From: Verrucomicrobiota bacterium
Lineage (GTDB): Bacteria; Verrucomicrobiota; Verrucomicrobiia; Limisphaerales; AAA164-E04
Reading direction: 5' to 3'
Assembly: GCA_047947115.1 (NCBI GenBank)
Contig: CP170459.1
Span: 5,792,001-5,856,000 of the forward strand
Length of the DNA: 64,000 bases
This document shows positions 12,241 to 22,854 of the stretch, one piece after another. The position numbers and the translations under genes are program-made. The first letter of the stretch is position 1. Each line of letters starts with the position of its first letter. The notes under the pieces were generated by a model. The model was not told the DNA's origin and did not search any database. It worked only from the letters and a program-made list of their open reading frames with translations.

Positions 12241-12969
12241 CTATTTGGCGTTTTCAGTCCTGGCAACAACATGGCTTTCCGGAAGTGTTTTTTGGAATAC
12301 CGGCACGGCATTCTGGATAAACCACTCCATGTGCTTGAATCCCGCCTCTTCCTGCCCAGGAATGACGATCGCAGAAAAGGTGATATAGGCCCATCGCTGC
12401 ATCTTACCTGTGGTAAAAAGATCCTTACCCATCAACCACATCCTTTCATAATGCTGATTGGTCACATGCTTGTCGTCTACGAACCAGTAGTAAAGCAACC
12501 CGCTATATTCATTGCCTTCTATGGTTTTGGTAGATTTCAACTGCATGACTGGCAATTTGAATGGCGCCGGCCTGGCGATTTCAATTACCTTGGCGTTGGT
12601 TTGTTGAATATGATACCCGGCACCGGTCAGGCAATACTGAGGCTTGTGAATACTGGTCCTGTCCAACCCCATTAACACAACCATCACATCGATAAAGAAC
12701 CCGTTCGGATGCTTGTATCGACGCTTGGTGATCGTCGTGTCCGGAGGCAAAGCATCTTTTTCAACATCACTTACCGGCAAATCTTCTCCCGTATAGTCCA
12801 GCACCCAATCCGGGAGTAACACCGGAGGTTTATCACTACCTGAATGCTCCAGCAACCTCACCCCTGGTTCTCCCATGGTCTGGTGAGCTTTCCAGTAATT
12901 TAGAAACCCGCCCGTAGAGCCAATGAGCATCAGCAGACTCACAAGCATGAAGACATTTTTCTTAATCAT
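12241..12969 (-). CDS. Exosortase-associated EpsI-family protein
   Basis: N-terminal TM helix, DRTSIHKPQYCLTGAGY (HxPxxC) motif and YYWF; ATGA overlap with the exosortase. Confidence 0.85.
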   Translation of the reverse strand: MIKKNVFMLVSLLMLIGSTGGFLNYWKAHQTMGEPGVRLLEHSGSDKPPVLLPDWVLDYTGEDLPVSDVEKDALPPDTTITKRRYKHPNGFFIDVMVVLMGLDRTSIHKPQYCLTGAGYHIQQTNAKVIEIARPAPFKLPVMQLKSTKTIEGNEYSGLLYYWFVDDKHVTNQHYERMWLMGKDLFTTGKMQRWAYITFSAIVIPGQEEAGFKHMEWFIQNAVPVFQKTLPESHVVARTENAK

Positions 12970-13946
12970 GCATCCACCTCCTCTGGCTGGATGTCATTCC
13001 CATTCTCTGAAACAGGTTCTTTGAGCCAAATATCCATGATAAACACTCCCAAAATGGCGACCAAGAAAGTCACAAACCCCAATTTCTGCTCCCACAATTT
13101 ACCAGCTTCCTGGCCATACTGGTTTGCTATAATGATCACTAAAATAAGGCGAAGCGTGTTACCTGCAATGGCCAAAGGAATAGAGGACAACACAAGCAGG
13201 ACTCGTTTCCAACTGGTTTTGTAAGCAATAAATCCAAACGCCAAAGTGAGAGGAACCAGGGTCATCAGACTGTTGATACCACTGCAAGCAGGAGCGACGT
13301 CGTAACGAAATGTTCCGGCGAAGTTCGTGATGAATGTCCCCTGGCGCATGACATCAATTTGAAGAGCATGATCGGAAAACCCTACCGCCAGAGCGCTGAC
13401 AAACACGCGCAATGGAAACGTCAGAGGCTGAGCCAATGAGCCTATCGGCACACAGAACAGAAATAACACGTATGGAAAAATGACCACTTTCAACCAGGCC
13501 TTCCCCCAGCAATACCCCATCAAGCCATATAACCCGACGAACATCCCCAGAACCGAAAGGCGCGTTTGTTGAGCCATAAATCCGACAATGTGGAACAGAA
13601 GCCCCACTGCCACCAGCATTAGCCCGGGGTTCCACGCTTCGTAATTGAATTTCAAGAATTCCTTGCGCTTCCAGATCAACAGAGCAATGACCGCAAACGG
13701 AATCAAGTTTCCATGGCCGTCCTCGGACAGCTTTGCATTGTATGAATTATACATCCAATGGTAAACCGACGTGGTATCGACATATCCAAAGGTGGAATTC
13801 CCCAGCCATTGAAATAGAACGATCCAAGCCACAAAACCGACGATAAATACGGTTTTATGGGGTAGCTTCTGCCACAACTCACCCAGATCCCTGAGGATCT
13901 CCAAAAATATATTCTTACCCGAATCGCTGGTCTTTGTGTGTTCCAT
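12966..13946 (-). CDS. Exosortase/archaeosortase-family membrane transpeptidase
   Basis: Multi-TM protein with HGNLIP, FPYVLFLFCVP, catalytic VAPACSG and GNTLR motifs; adjacent to EpsI. Confidence 0.9.
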   Translation of the reverse strand: MEHTKTSDSGKNIFLEILRDLGELWQKLPHKTVFIVGFVAWIVLFQWLGNSTFGYVDTTSVYHWMYNSYNAKLSEDGHGNLIPFAVIALLIWKRKEFLKFNYEAWNPGLMLVAVGLLFHIVGFMAQQTRLSVLGMFVGLYGLMGYCWGKAWLKVVIFPYVLFLFCVPIGSLAQPLTFPLRVFVSALAVGFSDHALQIDVMRQGTFITNFAGTFRYDVAPACSGINSLMTLVPLTLAFGFIAYKTSWKRVLLVLSSIPLAIAGNTLRLILVIIIANQYGQEAGKLWEQKLGFVTFLVAILGVFIMDIWLKEPVSENGNDIQPEEVDA

Positions 13947-14039
13947 GAAAAAACTGATCTAGTATGCCTTTGACTACTTTTATGCCATTTTGCTCATACA
14001 AAGACAGGATATTAATAAAAACACCCGAGATAACACAAT

Positions 14040-14813
14040 CTAATTACCCTCGGATGCACTCCAGGCCTTGCCGTTGATCATCCCTATTAAAAGCAAATAC
14101 AAAAACATGGAGTTGTAATATACATACCGCCCCAGCAAACGCCTCGGTTCGCTGCAAAGGCGATAGAGCCATCCAAGACCATTGCGCTGCATCCACAACG
14201 GCGCATCCGGTTTCGTTCCCGCATTGACATCAAAAGCAAATCCGACTGCCATAACGGCTCCACGTTTGATGGCGTCCTTATGTTGATGAACCCAAGCCTG
14301 CTGTTTCGGAGTCCCCAAGCCCACCCAGACGAAGTCGGGCGACAGTTCGTTGATCTCATCCACAATCCGCCCGGAATCTCCTTCTTTGAAATAGCCGTGA
14401 TGCTTGCCAATGATCCTTACCTTTGGTTGCCATTTGCGAAAGGAAGCCTCCAGCTTTTCAAGGCACTCTTCAGATCCCCCCAGAAAGTAATGGGTAAAAG
14501 GCTCCGGGGAATGAGTGACACAGTGGCGCATAAAAGTCGGACCATACACCCGGTCAGAAAGACCTGCTTTTTGAAGATTCAAACACCAGATCAAGGGCAT
14601 GCCGTCCGGAATGAAATAATCCACCTTGGATGTCGCTTCCCAAAATTGTCCGTCCAGTTTGCGCATGGTAACAATCTGGGTATTGGTAAAATCAACCGAG
14701 AACACGGATGAACTTTTCACTTTGGACTGACAGAAATCGGTCAGTTCCTCGTAAGTAGTAGCTCGGACCGGCGTGCCAAGGATGTGAAAACGTTTCAGGT
14801 CTTTCGGGATCAT
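14040..14813 (-). CDS. WecB/TagA/CpsF-family glycosyltransferase
   Basis: PDGMPL, RVYGP, VWVGLGTPKQ and APLWMQRNGLGWLYRL..EPRRL motifs. Start moved to ATG 14813 (ATGA overlap with the epimerase stop). Confidence 0.93.
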   Translation of the reverse strand: MIPKDLKRFHILGTPVRATTYEELTDFCQSKVKSSSVFSVDFTNTQIVTMRKLDGQFWEATSKVDYFIPDGMPLIWCLNLQKAGLSDRVYGPTFMRHCVTHSPEPFTHYFLGGSEECLEKLEASFRKWQPKVRIIGKHHGYFKEGDSGRIVDEINELSPDFVWVGLGTPKQQAWVHQHKDAIKRGAVMAVGFAFDVNAGTKPDAPLWMQRNGLGWLYRLCSEPRRLLGRYVYYNSMFLYLLLIGMINGKAWSASEGN

Positions 14814-15850
14814 GAGGACACTTGATCGATCATTCGCTCCAAAATCCGGTCCAGCGACCATTCCAATTTCCATTTGGGAAAATGAGATTGGAACTTACGC
14901 AGATCGGACATGTAACAAATGTGATCACCCTTGCGATTTTCATCCACATACCGCGTTTCGACGCCGCGACCAAGCAGTTGTTCAATTTTTTCCACGCACT
15001 CCAGAATCGAAGCGCTGTTACCGCGCCCTCCTCCCAAGTTATAGACTTCCCCGGGCCTCGGGTTGGCAGCAAAGGCCAAAAAGGCGTTAATAACATCTTC
15101 GCTGTGAATCTGATCACGCACCTGTTTTCCTTTGTATCCGAGAATGGAATACGTTTCGCCCGCTTTGGCGACTTTGACCAGGTAGGAAAGGAAACCATGC
15201 AATTGAACCCCAGAATGGTGTTCCCCCGTCAGGCATCCTCCACGAAACACTCCGACATTCATGCCGAAATAGCGGCCATACTCCTGAGCCATCACATCCG
15301 CAGCCGTTTTGCTCGCTCCAAACAGGCTGTGCATGGTTCGATCAATGCGACAAGATTCACTGACTCCGTGAAAATCCGATTCGTTTGCATAATCCCACCG
15401 TTTGGAAAGTTCCTTGAGCGGAATCTCGTTGGGAGCATCCCCGTAAACCTTGTTGGTCGACATGAATACGAACACCGACTCAGGCTGGGTTTGACGTGTC
15501 GCTTCCAGAAGATTGAGCGTTCCGACAGCATTGACATCGAAATCGATGAATGGAATGTCCTTCGCCTTGTCATGAGAAGGCTGAGCTGCACAGTGAATGA
15601 TCAGGTCAAACCGCTCCGACTTAAACAAATCCAACACCTTTTCCCGATCACGAATGTCCAGAGAATGATGGGTAAAGGATCGAGTCGTGTTTCGCAAACG
15701 TTCAAGCACCCATGTCGTGTCACCGCCCGGGCCAAAGAATTCACGCCGCATGTTATTGTCGATCCCAACAATCACATGCCCGGATCGATCCAACAGCCTG
15801 ACAGCCTCGGATCCGATCAATCCACTTGAACCAGTAACCAGCACTTTCAT
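14810..15850 (-). CDS. NAD-dependent epimerase/dehydratase (CDP-paratose 2-epimerase-like extended SDR)
   Basis: TGSSGLIG, HCAAQPSHD, STNKVYGD, FGASK and GKQVRD motifs. Confidence 0.92.
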   Translation of the reverse strand: MKVLVTGSSGLIGSEAVRLLDRSGHVIVGIDNNMRREFFGPGGDTTWVLERLRNTTRSFTHHSLDIRDREKVLDLFKSERFDLIIHCAAQPSHDKAKDIPFIDFDVNAVGTLNLLEATRQTQPESVFVFMSTNKVYGDAPNEIPLKELSKRWDYANESDFHGVSESCRIDRTMHSLFGASKTAADVMAQEYGRYFGMNVGVFRGGCLTGEHHSGVQLHGFLSYLVKVAKAGETYSILGYKGKQVRDQIHSEDVINAFLAFAANPRPGEVYNLGGGRGNSASILECVEKIEQLLGRGVETRYVDENRKGDHICYMSDLRKFQSHFPKWKLEWSLDRILERMIDQVSS

Positions 15851-16013
15851 CCGGGCAAAACGATAAGGGCAGAAAGCAATAGTAAAAGGAAATTCCTCAG
15901 TGTGAAGAAAGGTTTATCCATCAGGAATTCCACTATGATTGTCAACCGGACTTGAAACCAGAGATGTTCCCCAAGGAAAGGACGGAGAAAATCTGGAAGA
16001 AACCTTGATAAAA

Positions 16014-16088
<75 letters not shown>

Positions 16089-16236
16089 GTGCCTTGATGT
16101 TTGCCGACCAGGCAAACGCAGGAAGAGATGTAGTAATTCAAACAGCTCAAGGTGACAAGTGATTATTTTGAAGAACTTCAAGTAAGGGCATCGATCTTCG
16201 CCTTTTCTTTTCCTTACCAATGCCTATACTGCCCCC

Positions 16237-18411
16237 GTGACACGATCCCATTTGATCCAATCTTTGGTACCGGTCTTGAAATGGTCGCTCGCCGTGATGC
16301 TTTTTCCCACCGGCACTGGGGCGCTCCGTTCACTGGGAGCAACCAGCGAGTGGCGCCATTTCGGCAGTGACCCGGCCAATTCACAATACTCCCCCCTCAA
16401 GCAAATCCATCGCGGAAATGTGGGACAACTGACCAAAGCCTGGGAATATGCATCGGAAAACGTAGAGACAAAAACAAGATCCCAGATCCAATGCAATCCC
16501 CTGATTGCAGATGGAATTCTTTACGGCACCTCCCCCACCCTCAAAGTGTTCGCGCTCGATGCGGCCTCCGGACAGGAGAAATGGATGTTCAACCCATTTC
16601 AGAACACCAATCCGATCGGGGTCAATCGAGGAGTGGTTTACTGGAGCCACCAGGAACAATCCCGCATCCTGTTCACCGCCAGTCACTGGCTTTATGCGCT
16701 TGATGCAATTACAGGAAAACCAATCCCTGCTTTCGGCCGGGAAGGTCGAGTGGACTTGCGACAAGGTTTGGGGAGAGATGCAGATAAACTTTTTATCCTC
16801 TCCAATACACCGGGTTCTGTTTACAAAAATGTATTGATCCTTGGAACAAGGGTTAACGAAGGCCCCGGCCCATCGGCACCGGGATATATCCGTGCTTATG
16901 ATGTCGAAACAGGCGAACTGAAATGGGTGTTTCACACCATCCCCCATCCGGGTGAAGAAGGGCATGACACTTGGCCGCAAGACGCATGGAAAACCGCTGG
17001 AGGCGCCAATGCCTGGGGCGGGCTGGCTGTTGATGAATCAAGAGGCTGGGTCTTTTGCCCGACGGGATCGCCTGCGTTTGATTTCTGGGGAGGCAACCGA
17101 GTCGGAAAAAATTTATACGGAAACAGCCTTTTGGTGATTGATGCCAAAACGGGAAAGAAAGTCTGGCATTACCAAATTGTACACCATGATCTGTGGGACA
17201 GAGATCTCCCCGCCTCTCCCAACCTGTTGGAATTGACGATCAACCATGAAAAAATACCCGCCGTGGCCCAAATCACGAAATCCGGCCATGTCTTTTTGTT
17301 TCACCGAGAAACCGGAAAACCCATCTTTCCAATCGAAGAACACCCATTCCCCCCCTCCGACCTGATGGACGAACAAGCCTGGCCTACCCAACCCATCCCT
17401 ACTTCACCGCCCCCCTTTGCCAGGCAAGCATTCAAACCAAAAGACGTGTCCACACTTTCCCCCGAAACACACGATCAAATGCTCGAGAAACTCCTTTCAG
17501 TAAGAAGCGGCGGTCAATTTGTGCCCCCCAGCACCATTGGCACGGTGATTTTCCCTGGTTTTGACGGGGGTGCAGAATGGGGAGGTGCCGCATGGGATCC
17601 TCAAAACGAATTTCTTTATGTCAACGCCAACGAAATGCCCTGGATTCTGACCATGGTTGATATTCGCAATAAATCACAATCCACGAACCAATCCGATGGA
17701 GCATTTTTGTATCAAAGACTATGCGCCGTCTGCCACGGTATAGACCGCATAGGAGATCCTCAAAAAACATACCCTCCCCTGCTAAACATCGGACAAAAAA
17801 TGAGCGCACAACAGATTATCGACCAATTGAGCCAGGGAAAAGGACTGATGCCTGCTTTTGGATTCCTCACATTGCCTGAAAAAACTGCGATCGCTCTATT
17901 TCTTCTGGGTAACCCAGAAGAAACCAAACAATCCCCCAAGGAAACAACTGTGTCAGAAAATCCAGCTAACAACGGCAAGGAGCCTTATTCGCACACCGGA
18001 TACAATCGATTCCTGGATTCGAATGGATATCCAGCCATCAAACCACCATGGGGCACCCTTAACGCCATCGACCTGAAGGCGGGACGTATCGCCTGGCAAG
18101 TGACACTAGGTGAGTTTGATGACTTACAAGCAAGAGGATTATCCCCAACAGGCACCGAGAATTACGGTGGCCCCGCCGTCACCGCAGGCGGACTGGTATT
18201 CATTGGAGCATCCAAAGACGAAAAATTCAGAGCTTTCGACAAATCTACAGGAGAAATGCTCTGGGAAACAAAACTGCCGGCAGGTGGATACGCCACTCCG
18301 TCCGTGTATGAAGCAAACGGAAGACAATTCGTCGTCATCGCATGCGGTGGCGGAAAAATGAATACAAAATCAGGCGTATCCTATGTTGCCTTTGCGCTGC
18401 CAAAACCATGA
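16237..18411 (+). CDS. PQQ-dependent (glucose/quinate-type) dehydrogenase with an inserted cytochrome c domain
   Basis: PQQ propeller motifs ([33 protein letters not shown]) and a CAVCH heme motif with distal GLMPAF. Confidence 0.9.
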   Translation: MTRSHLIQSLVPVLKWSLAVMLFPTGTGALRSLGATSEWRHFGSDPANSQYSPLKQIHRGNVGQLTKAWEYASENVETKTRSQIQCNPLIADGILYGTSPTLKVFALDAASGQEKWMFNPFQNTNPIGVNRGVVYWSHQEQSRILFTASHWLYALDAITGKPIPAFGREGRVDLRQGLGRDADKLFILSNTPGSVYKNVLILGTRVNEGPGPSAPGYIRAYDVETGELKWVFHTIPHPGEEGHDTWPQDAWKTAGGANAWGGLAVDESRGWVFCPTGSPAFDFWGGNRVGKNLYGNSLLVIDAKTGKKVWHYQIVHHDLWDRDLPASPNLLELTINHEKIPAVAQITKSGHVFLFHRETGKPIFPIEEHPFPPSDLMDEQAWPTQPIPTSPPPFARQAFKPKDVSTLSPETHDQMLEKLLSVRSGGQFVPPSTIGTVIFPGFDGGAEWGGAAWDPQNEFLYVNANEMPWILTMVDIRNKSQSTNQSDGAFLYQRLCAVCHGIDRIGDPQKTYPPLLNIGQKMSAQQIIDQLSQGKGLMPAFGFLTLPEKTAIALFLLGNPEETKQSPKETTVSENPANNGKEPYSHTGYNRFLDSNGYPAIKPPWGTLNAIDLKAGRIAWQVTLGEFDDLQARGLSPTGTENYGGPAVTAGGLVFIGASKDEKFRAFDKSTGEMLWETKLPAGGYATPSVYEANGRQFVVIACGGGKMNTKSGVSYVAFALPKP

Positions 18412-19142
18412 CAAATTCCCTCCCCACTCCAAAGAAGCACATGGATCTGTTCAAAAAAGCTTTCACGCTGATCGAACTGCTGGTGGTCATCGCCATCATC
18501 GCCATACTGGCAGGCATGCTCCTTCCGGCGTTGAGCCAGGCCAAAAAAAAAGCCAACCGGATTGTCTGTGTCTCCAACATGCGCCAAATAGACCTTGGAT
18601 TCCGAATGTATCGATCGGATCATGATGAACGTTTTCCGGACAGACGTGACCTGAAAAAAATCTTACCTGGCGGCTACCGCCCATGGACTGCTTGGCCTCC
18701 ATCCGATCCCCGCAGCGGTTGGGCAGGATTCATCCTGTCAAACCATGTCGGATCCGCCAACTTATGGATGTGCCCAAGCATTAAAAAATCTCCATTGGGT
18801 AAATCCATTTCATCTGTACAACCGATGGGATTCGAAACAAACGCACCATTGGCCGGCTATTGGATGTGGAGATTTGACCGTGCCGATGAGGAAATACCTT
18901 TGGATAATTTCTGGGGTAAAACAGAAAATCAAGTGATCCAACATTTGCGAAAAGAAGCAAATCCGTTCATCGGAATTCCAAATGGCCCTTCCGATGTGGA
19001 ATTGATGGTGGATGTGTACTATCCTTCAACCATTGAAAGCATCGAGGAAACCATCCGAGGCCGAGCGGTGCACCCGATGGGCAGAAACCAACTCATGTTG
19101 GATGGTCATGTTCAATTCAAAAAAGACGCAAGGACTCGATAA
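18408..19142 (+). CDS. Prepilin-type N-terminal cleavage/methylation protein with a C-terminal H-X9-DG motif
   Basis: [35 protein letters not shown] and [14 protein letters not shown]. Start at 18408 gives an ATGA overlap with the dehydrogenase stop. Confidence 0.9.
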   Translation: MTNSLPTPKKHMDLFKKAFTLIELLVVIAIIAILAGMLLPALSQAKKKANRIVCVSNMRQIDLGFRMYRSDHDERFPDRRDLKKILPGGYRPWTAWPPSDPRSGWAGFILSNHVGSANLWMCPSIKKSPLGKSISSVQPMGFETNAPLAGYWMWRFDRADEEIPLDNFWGKTENQVIQHLRKEANPFIGIPNGPSDVELMVDVYYPSTIESIEETIRGRAVHPMGRNQLMLDGHVQFKKDARTR

Positions 19143-19174
19143 AAAAACCCGTTTCTCATCAGCTGAGAAACGGG
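19141..19174 (-). terminator. Intrinsic terminator of the alpha operon
   Basis: CCCGTTTCTCA / TGAGAAACGGG 11-bp stem followed by a T7 tract on the minus strand, just past rplQ. Confidence 0.85.
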
Positions 19175-19202
19175 CGTTGAAAAATATATTGCTGGGGACA
19201 GA

Positions 19203-19751
19203 TCAGGCGTCTTTCTTCTCCTCACCTTCGGAGCTACCCTTGTCAGCCGCATCAGCATCATCTTCGGCAGCGGGGCCGTCCTCGGTAGCTTCAGCCTTGG
19301 CCTCATGAGCAGCCGGGGCATCCTCGGTTTCTGCTTTGGTAGGAGCGACCTCTGCTTTTGCAGCGGCATCACCTGAGGGAGATACAGCGGCATCACCTTC
19401 TTCAACAAATTCAATGATGGCCATCTGGGCAGCATCGCCTCGACGATCCATCAATTTGATGATACGGGTGTAACCACCCGGGCGATCCTGATGTTGAGGT
19501 GCAATTTCACTGAAAAGAATTTGTACCGCATCTTCCTGGTGCAATCTGGAAACAGCCAAACGACGGTGATGGATAGTTCCTTTCTTACCGAGGGTCACCA
19601 TCTTTTCAACAACCGGACGCACGGCTTTCGCTTTGGCAAGAGTTGTTGTTACGCGCTTGTGCTTGATCAAACTGCATACCATATTCGCCAGCATCGCGTT
19701 CCGATGAGCGCCTTTGCGGCCGAGTTTGGCATTTCGTTTTAAATGTCTCAT
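19203..19751 (-). CDS. rplQ: 50S ribosomal protein L17 with an acidic Ala/Glu-rich C-terminal tail
   Basis: MRHLKRNAKLGR, TTLAKAK and RPGGYTRIIK motifs. Confidence 0.98.
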   Translation of the reverse strand: MRHLKRNAKLGRKGAHRNAMLANMVCSLIKHKRVTTTLAKAKAVRPVVEKMVTLGKKGTIHHRRLAVSRLHQEDAVQILFSEIAPQHQDRPGGYTRIIKLMDRRGDAAQMAIIEFVEEGDAAVSPSGDAAAKAEVAPTKAETEDAPAAHEAKAEATEDGPAAEDDADAADKGSSEGEEKKDA

Positions 19752-19772
19752 GTAAACAGCTTGTTAAATTTT

Positions 19773-20786
19773 TTACTCTAATGCGCTGTAGTCTTCTTTG
19801 GAATCCAGAAGCGCAGGATCAATGTTCATACCAAGAGACAGGCCTAAACCGGTCAACTTGTCCTTAATTTCGTTGAGAGACTTTTTGCCGAAGTTTCGAT
19901 ACTTCAGCATTTCGGCCTCTGATTTGATTGCCAGTTGGCCCACCGTGGTGATATTGGCATTATTCAAGCAGTTGGCAGCACGGACACTGAGCTCAATCTC
20001 GTTGACGCTCATGTTGAGAAGCTTCTTCATGCGAGACTTCTCGTCATCCTTTTGATCCACCACTTCCTCAAATTCAACAGCGTTTTTGTCGTAACCCACA
20101 AACACGTCGAGGTGATGCTGCAAAATAGCGGAAGCCTGAGTCAACGCATCATCAGGAGTAATACGACCATCTGTCGTAATTTCCATGATCAAACTGTCGT
20201 AATCTGTGCGCTGGCCAACACGGGCGCTTTCCACAGAATAACGAACACGGCTGACAGGCGAAAAAATAGAGTCAATAGGGATCACACCAATGGCTTGATC
20301 AGGCTTCTTATTCTCGTCACCAGGACAAAAACCACGACCTACTTTTACCTCCATCTCAATCTCGAACTTCTTCTTTTTATCCAACGTACAGATATGTTGG
20401 TCGGGATTGACGAGTTCGAGATTTTGATTCAATTGAATATCAGCTGCTGTGACTGCCCCTGCTTTATTAACGCTTAGCAAAACTGTCTGAGGATCGCGCG
20501 AATGACAAATGAACTTTACCTTTTTTAAGTTCAGCACAATGTCGGTAACATCCTCCGCAACACCTTCTACGACGGCAAACTCATGCATAGCCCCGTCAAT
20601 TTTGACAGAGGTAATAGCTGCTCCTTCCAACGAAGAAAGAAGCACTCTGCGAATGGAGTTACCGATAGTGTGTCCGTAACCTGTTTCAAATGGCTCCGCA
20701 ATGAATCTCGCGAATTTGTCTGTAGCGGTATCCTCATCTTTAGTCAACCGCTTGGGCATTTCAAAACGACCTAATCTTACTGGCAT
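19773..20786 (-). CDS. rpoA: RNA polymerase alpha subunit
   Basis: EPFETGYGHTIGNSIRRVLLSS, ELSVRAANCL and NFGKKSL motifs. Confidence 0.99.
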   Translation of the reverse strand: MPVRLGRFEMPKRLTKDEDTATDKFARFIAEPFETGYGHTIGNSIRRVLLSSLEGAAITSVKIDGAMHEFAVVEGVAEDVTDIVLNLKKVKFICHSRDPQTVLLSVNKAGAVTAADIQLNQNLELVNPDQHICTLDKKKKFEIEMEVKVGRGFCPGDENKKPDQAIGVIPIDSIFSPVSRVRYSVESARVGQRTDYDSLIMEITTDGRITPDDALTQASAILQHHLDVFVGYDKNAVEFEEVVDQKDDEKSRMKKLLNMSVNEIELSVRAANCLNNANITTVGQLAIKSEAEMLKYRNFGKKSLNEIKDKLTGLGLSLGMNIDPALLDSKEDYSALE

Positions 20787-20872
20787 ATATTTTAATGGGT
20801 AACAGTTTTAATCTGACTACTGAACGTTATCCCGATCATTCAGAAGTCCGTATAACTGAAAATACAGGGTTG

Positions 20873-21481
20873 TTATCGGGAATAAAATTCGATGACAGTT
20901 TGTTCGTTTCCGATAGGTTGGATTTCATCCCTGGAAGGAACACGCATGACCACTCCTTTGAAAAAGTCGCGATCTAGATGCAACCACTCAGGAATTCGTC
21001 GGCTGGTGGACAACTCCATATTTTTGGTCGCCATTTGGCGGGAAACACTGGAGTTCTTCACTTCCACGACATCATTTACCTGAAGTGCGTAACTGGAAAT
21101 ATCAACTTTTTTGCCATTGACCTGAACATGTCCGTGGCTAACCATTTGACGGGCAGCAGGACGGCTACTGGCGAAACCGAGTTGATAAACGACGTTATCC
21201 AGTCGGGTTTCGAGGATTTGAAGCATCGTTTCGCCTGTCACACCCTTGCGGCGACGAGCAGTTTCGTAAACGGCGCGAAACTGCTTTTCCTGCAAGCCGT
21301 AAAAATAGCGAAACTTCTGCTTTTCCATCAGACCCAGAGCATACTCTGTGTTTTTGCGCCTCGAGCGAGGGCCATGCATGCCTGGGCCGTAATTGCGACG
21401 TTCTAGATATTTTGAAGGCCCAAAAATGGGCATGCCAAATCTGCGGCTGATCTTCGTTTTGGGTCCGGTATAACGAGCCAT
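20873..21481 (-). CDS. rpsD: 30S ribosomal protein S4
   Basis: MARYTGPK, LETRLDNVVY, ARQMVSHGH and IEFYSR motifs. Confidence 0.99.
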   Translation of the reverse strand: MARYTGPKTKISRRFGMPIFGPSKYLERRNYGPGMHGPRSRRKNTEYALGLMEKQKFRYFYGLQEKQFRAVYETARRRKGVTGETMLQILETRLDNVVYQLGFASSRPAARQMVSHGHVQVNGKKVDISSYALQVNDVVEVKNSSVSRQMATKNMELSTSRRIPEWLHLDRDFFKGVVMRVPSRDEIQPIGNEQTVIEFYSR

Positions 21482-21502
21482 AATACTTAAAAATCCTGTT
21501 CT

Positions 21503-22084
21503 TTAGACGCGACGTTTCTTCCTTGGTCGGCAACCATTGTGTGGGACCGGGGTAACGTCTTTGATGGAGTTGATTTCTAGCCCAATGGCCTGTAATGCAC
21601 GAATAGCGGATTCACGGCCAGATCCAGGTCCTTTGACCTTGATCTCCACTTCTTTGAGTCCATGAGCCATTGCGGCACGACCAGCATCCTGGGCAACTTG
21701 TTGAGCAGCAAATGCGGTGCTCTTACGCGATCCCCTGAATCCCACCTTACCGGCGGAAGACCAGCTTACCACGTTGCCATGCATGTCCGTGATCGAAACA
21801 AGCGTGTTGTTGAAAGTCGCGCAAATAGTGGCCACACCTGAGACCACGTTCTTCGAACCTTTGGCCTTGATGATTTTTGCAGGGCCAAGATCGGTCGAAA
21901 GAAGTTCTGCCGCGGAGGGAGCTTCAGCTGCTGCTGGTCCTTCCTGTTCAGCCTTGTCACTGCTTTTTGCTTCTTTTGGCGCCTTGGCCTCAGCCTTTGG
22001 CGCTTCCGCCTTGGGAGCGGATTCGGCTGAAGGGGCATTTTCAGCCTCTGTTGCTTCAACCTTTTGTTGTTCTTCGTCTGCCAT
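21503..22084 (-). CDS. rpsK: 30S ribosomal protein S11 with a ~70 aa low-complexity N-terminal extension
   Basis: [18 protein letters not shown] and [12 protein letters not shown] motifs. Confidence 0.98.
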   Translation of the reverse strand: MADEEQQKVEATEAENAPSAESAPKAEAPKAEAKAPKEAKSSDKAEQEGPAAAEAPSAAELLSTDLGPAKIIKAKGSKNVVSGVATICATFNNTLVSITDMHGNVVSWSSAGKVGFRGSRKSTAFAAQQVAQDAGRAAMAHGLKEVEIKVKGPGSGRESAIRALQAIGLEINSIKDVTPVPHNGCRPRKKRRV

Positions 22085-22105
22085 AGTCTAATTCAGATAA
22101 AAACC

Positions 22106-22501
22106 TTAATGGATACCGGATTTTGCATTCGGATTACGTTGGATACCCACGGTTTTGCGGGGACCTTTGCGAGAGCGTGCATTTGTCGACGTGCGCTGCC
22201 CGCGAACAGGTAATCCTCGAATGTGGCGAATACCACGATAGCAACGGATCGCCTGAAGTCGCTTCAGGTTCATGCTGATTTCCCGACGCAAATCACCTTC
22301 GATGACGTATTGACCTTCCTGAATCGCATGTACGATCTTGGAAAGTTGGTCTTCCGACAGATCCTTGGCGCGTGTGGCCGGATTGATACCTGTCGCTTCG
22401 ATGATTTCATTGGAAACGGCCGGACCAATGCCATACATATATCGCAGAGCAATATCGATACGCTTGTGTCCGGGAATGTCTACACCCATGATTCTTGCCA
22501 T
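22106..22501 (-). CDS. rpsM: 30S ribosomal protein S13
   Basis: [10 protein letters not shown] and [17 protein letters not shown] motifs. Confidence 0.99.
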   Translation of the reverse strand: MARIMGVDIPGHKRIDIALRYMYGIGPAVSNEIIEATGINPATRAKDLSEDQLSKIVHAIQEGQYVIEGDLRREISMNLKRLQAIRCYRGIRHIRGLPVRGQRTSTNARSRKGPRKTVGIQRNPNAKSGIH

Positions 22502-22518
22502 AATCTATTACCTTCCAA

Positions 22519-22632
22519 TCAACCTTGTCGCTGTTTATGACGTGGATTGGTACAAATCACACGAACAATACCTTTTCGGCGAATAATGCGACAATGTTCG
22601 CAAAGTTTTTTCACTGACGCTCTAACTTTCAT
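22519..22632 (-). CDS. rpmJ: 50S ribosomal protein L36 (zinc-ribbon form)
   Basis: Manual translation [37 protein letters not shown]; below the ORF-track size cutoff. Confidence 0.98.
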   Translation of the reverse strand: MKVRASVKKLCEHCRIIRRKGIVRVICTNPRHKQRQG

Positions 22633-22641
22633 AAATCACTA

Positions 22642-22854
22642 CTATCCATTTACAATGGTCCCTCTCGCCATATCTGCCGGCGAGAAGAAAATGGCGATCT
22701 TATCGCCTACCTTTACCTCTGACAATTTAAATTTTGATTTTTTTGGCACCACACCCACTGCATGGTGTCCATTGGGCATCGCAATGATCACTCGATCATC
22801 GCCCAATTTACTCAAGACGATGCCTCGACTTTCGAATGCATCCGGGTCGCGCAT
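22642..22854 (-). CDS. Highly divergent translation initiation factor IF-1-like protein
   Basis: 70 aa at the canonical map-infA-rpmJ position; retains E..G.V, NGH, GDK and SP.D..RG.I. Overlaps the map 3' end by 43 nt. Confidence 0.75.
   Translation of the reverse strand: MRDPDAFESRGIVLSKLGDDRVIIAMPNGHHAVGVVPKKSKFKLSEVKVGDKIAIFFSPADMARGTIVNG

Noticed and set aside
14822..15829. 335 aa plus-strand ORF
   Set aside because: Fully antisense to the well-supported epimerase; a codon-bias shadow.
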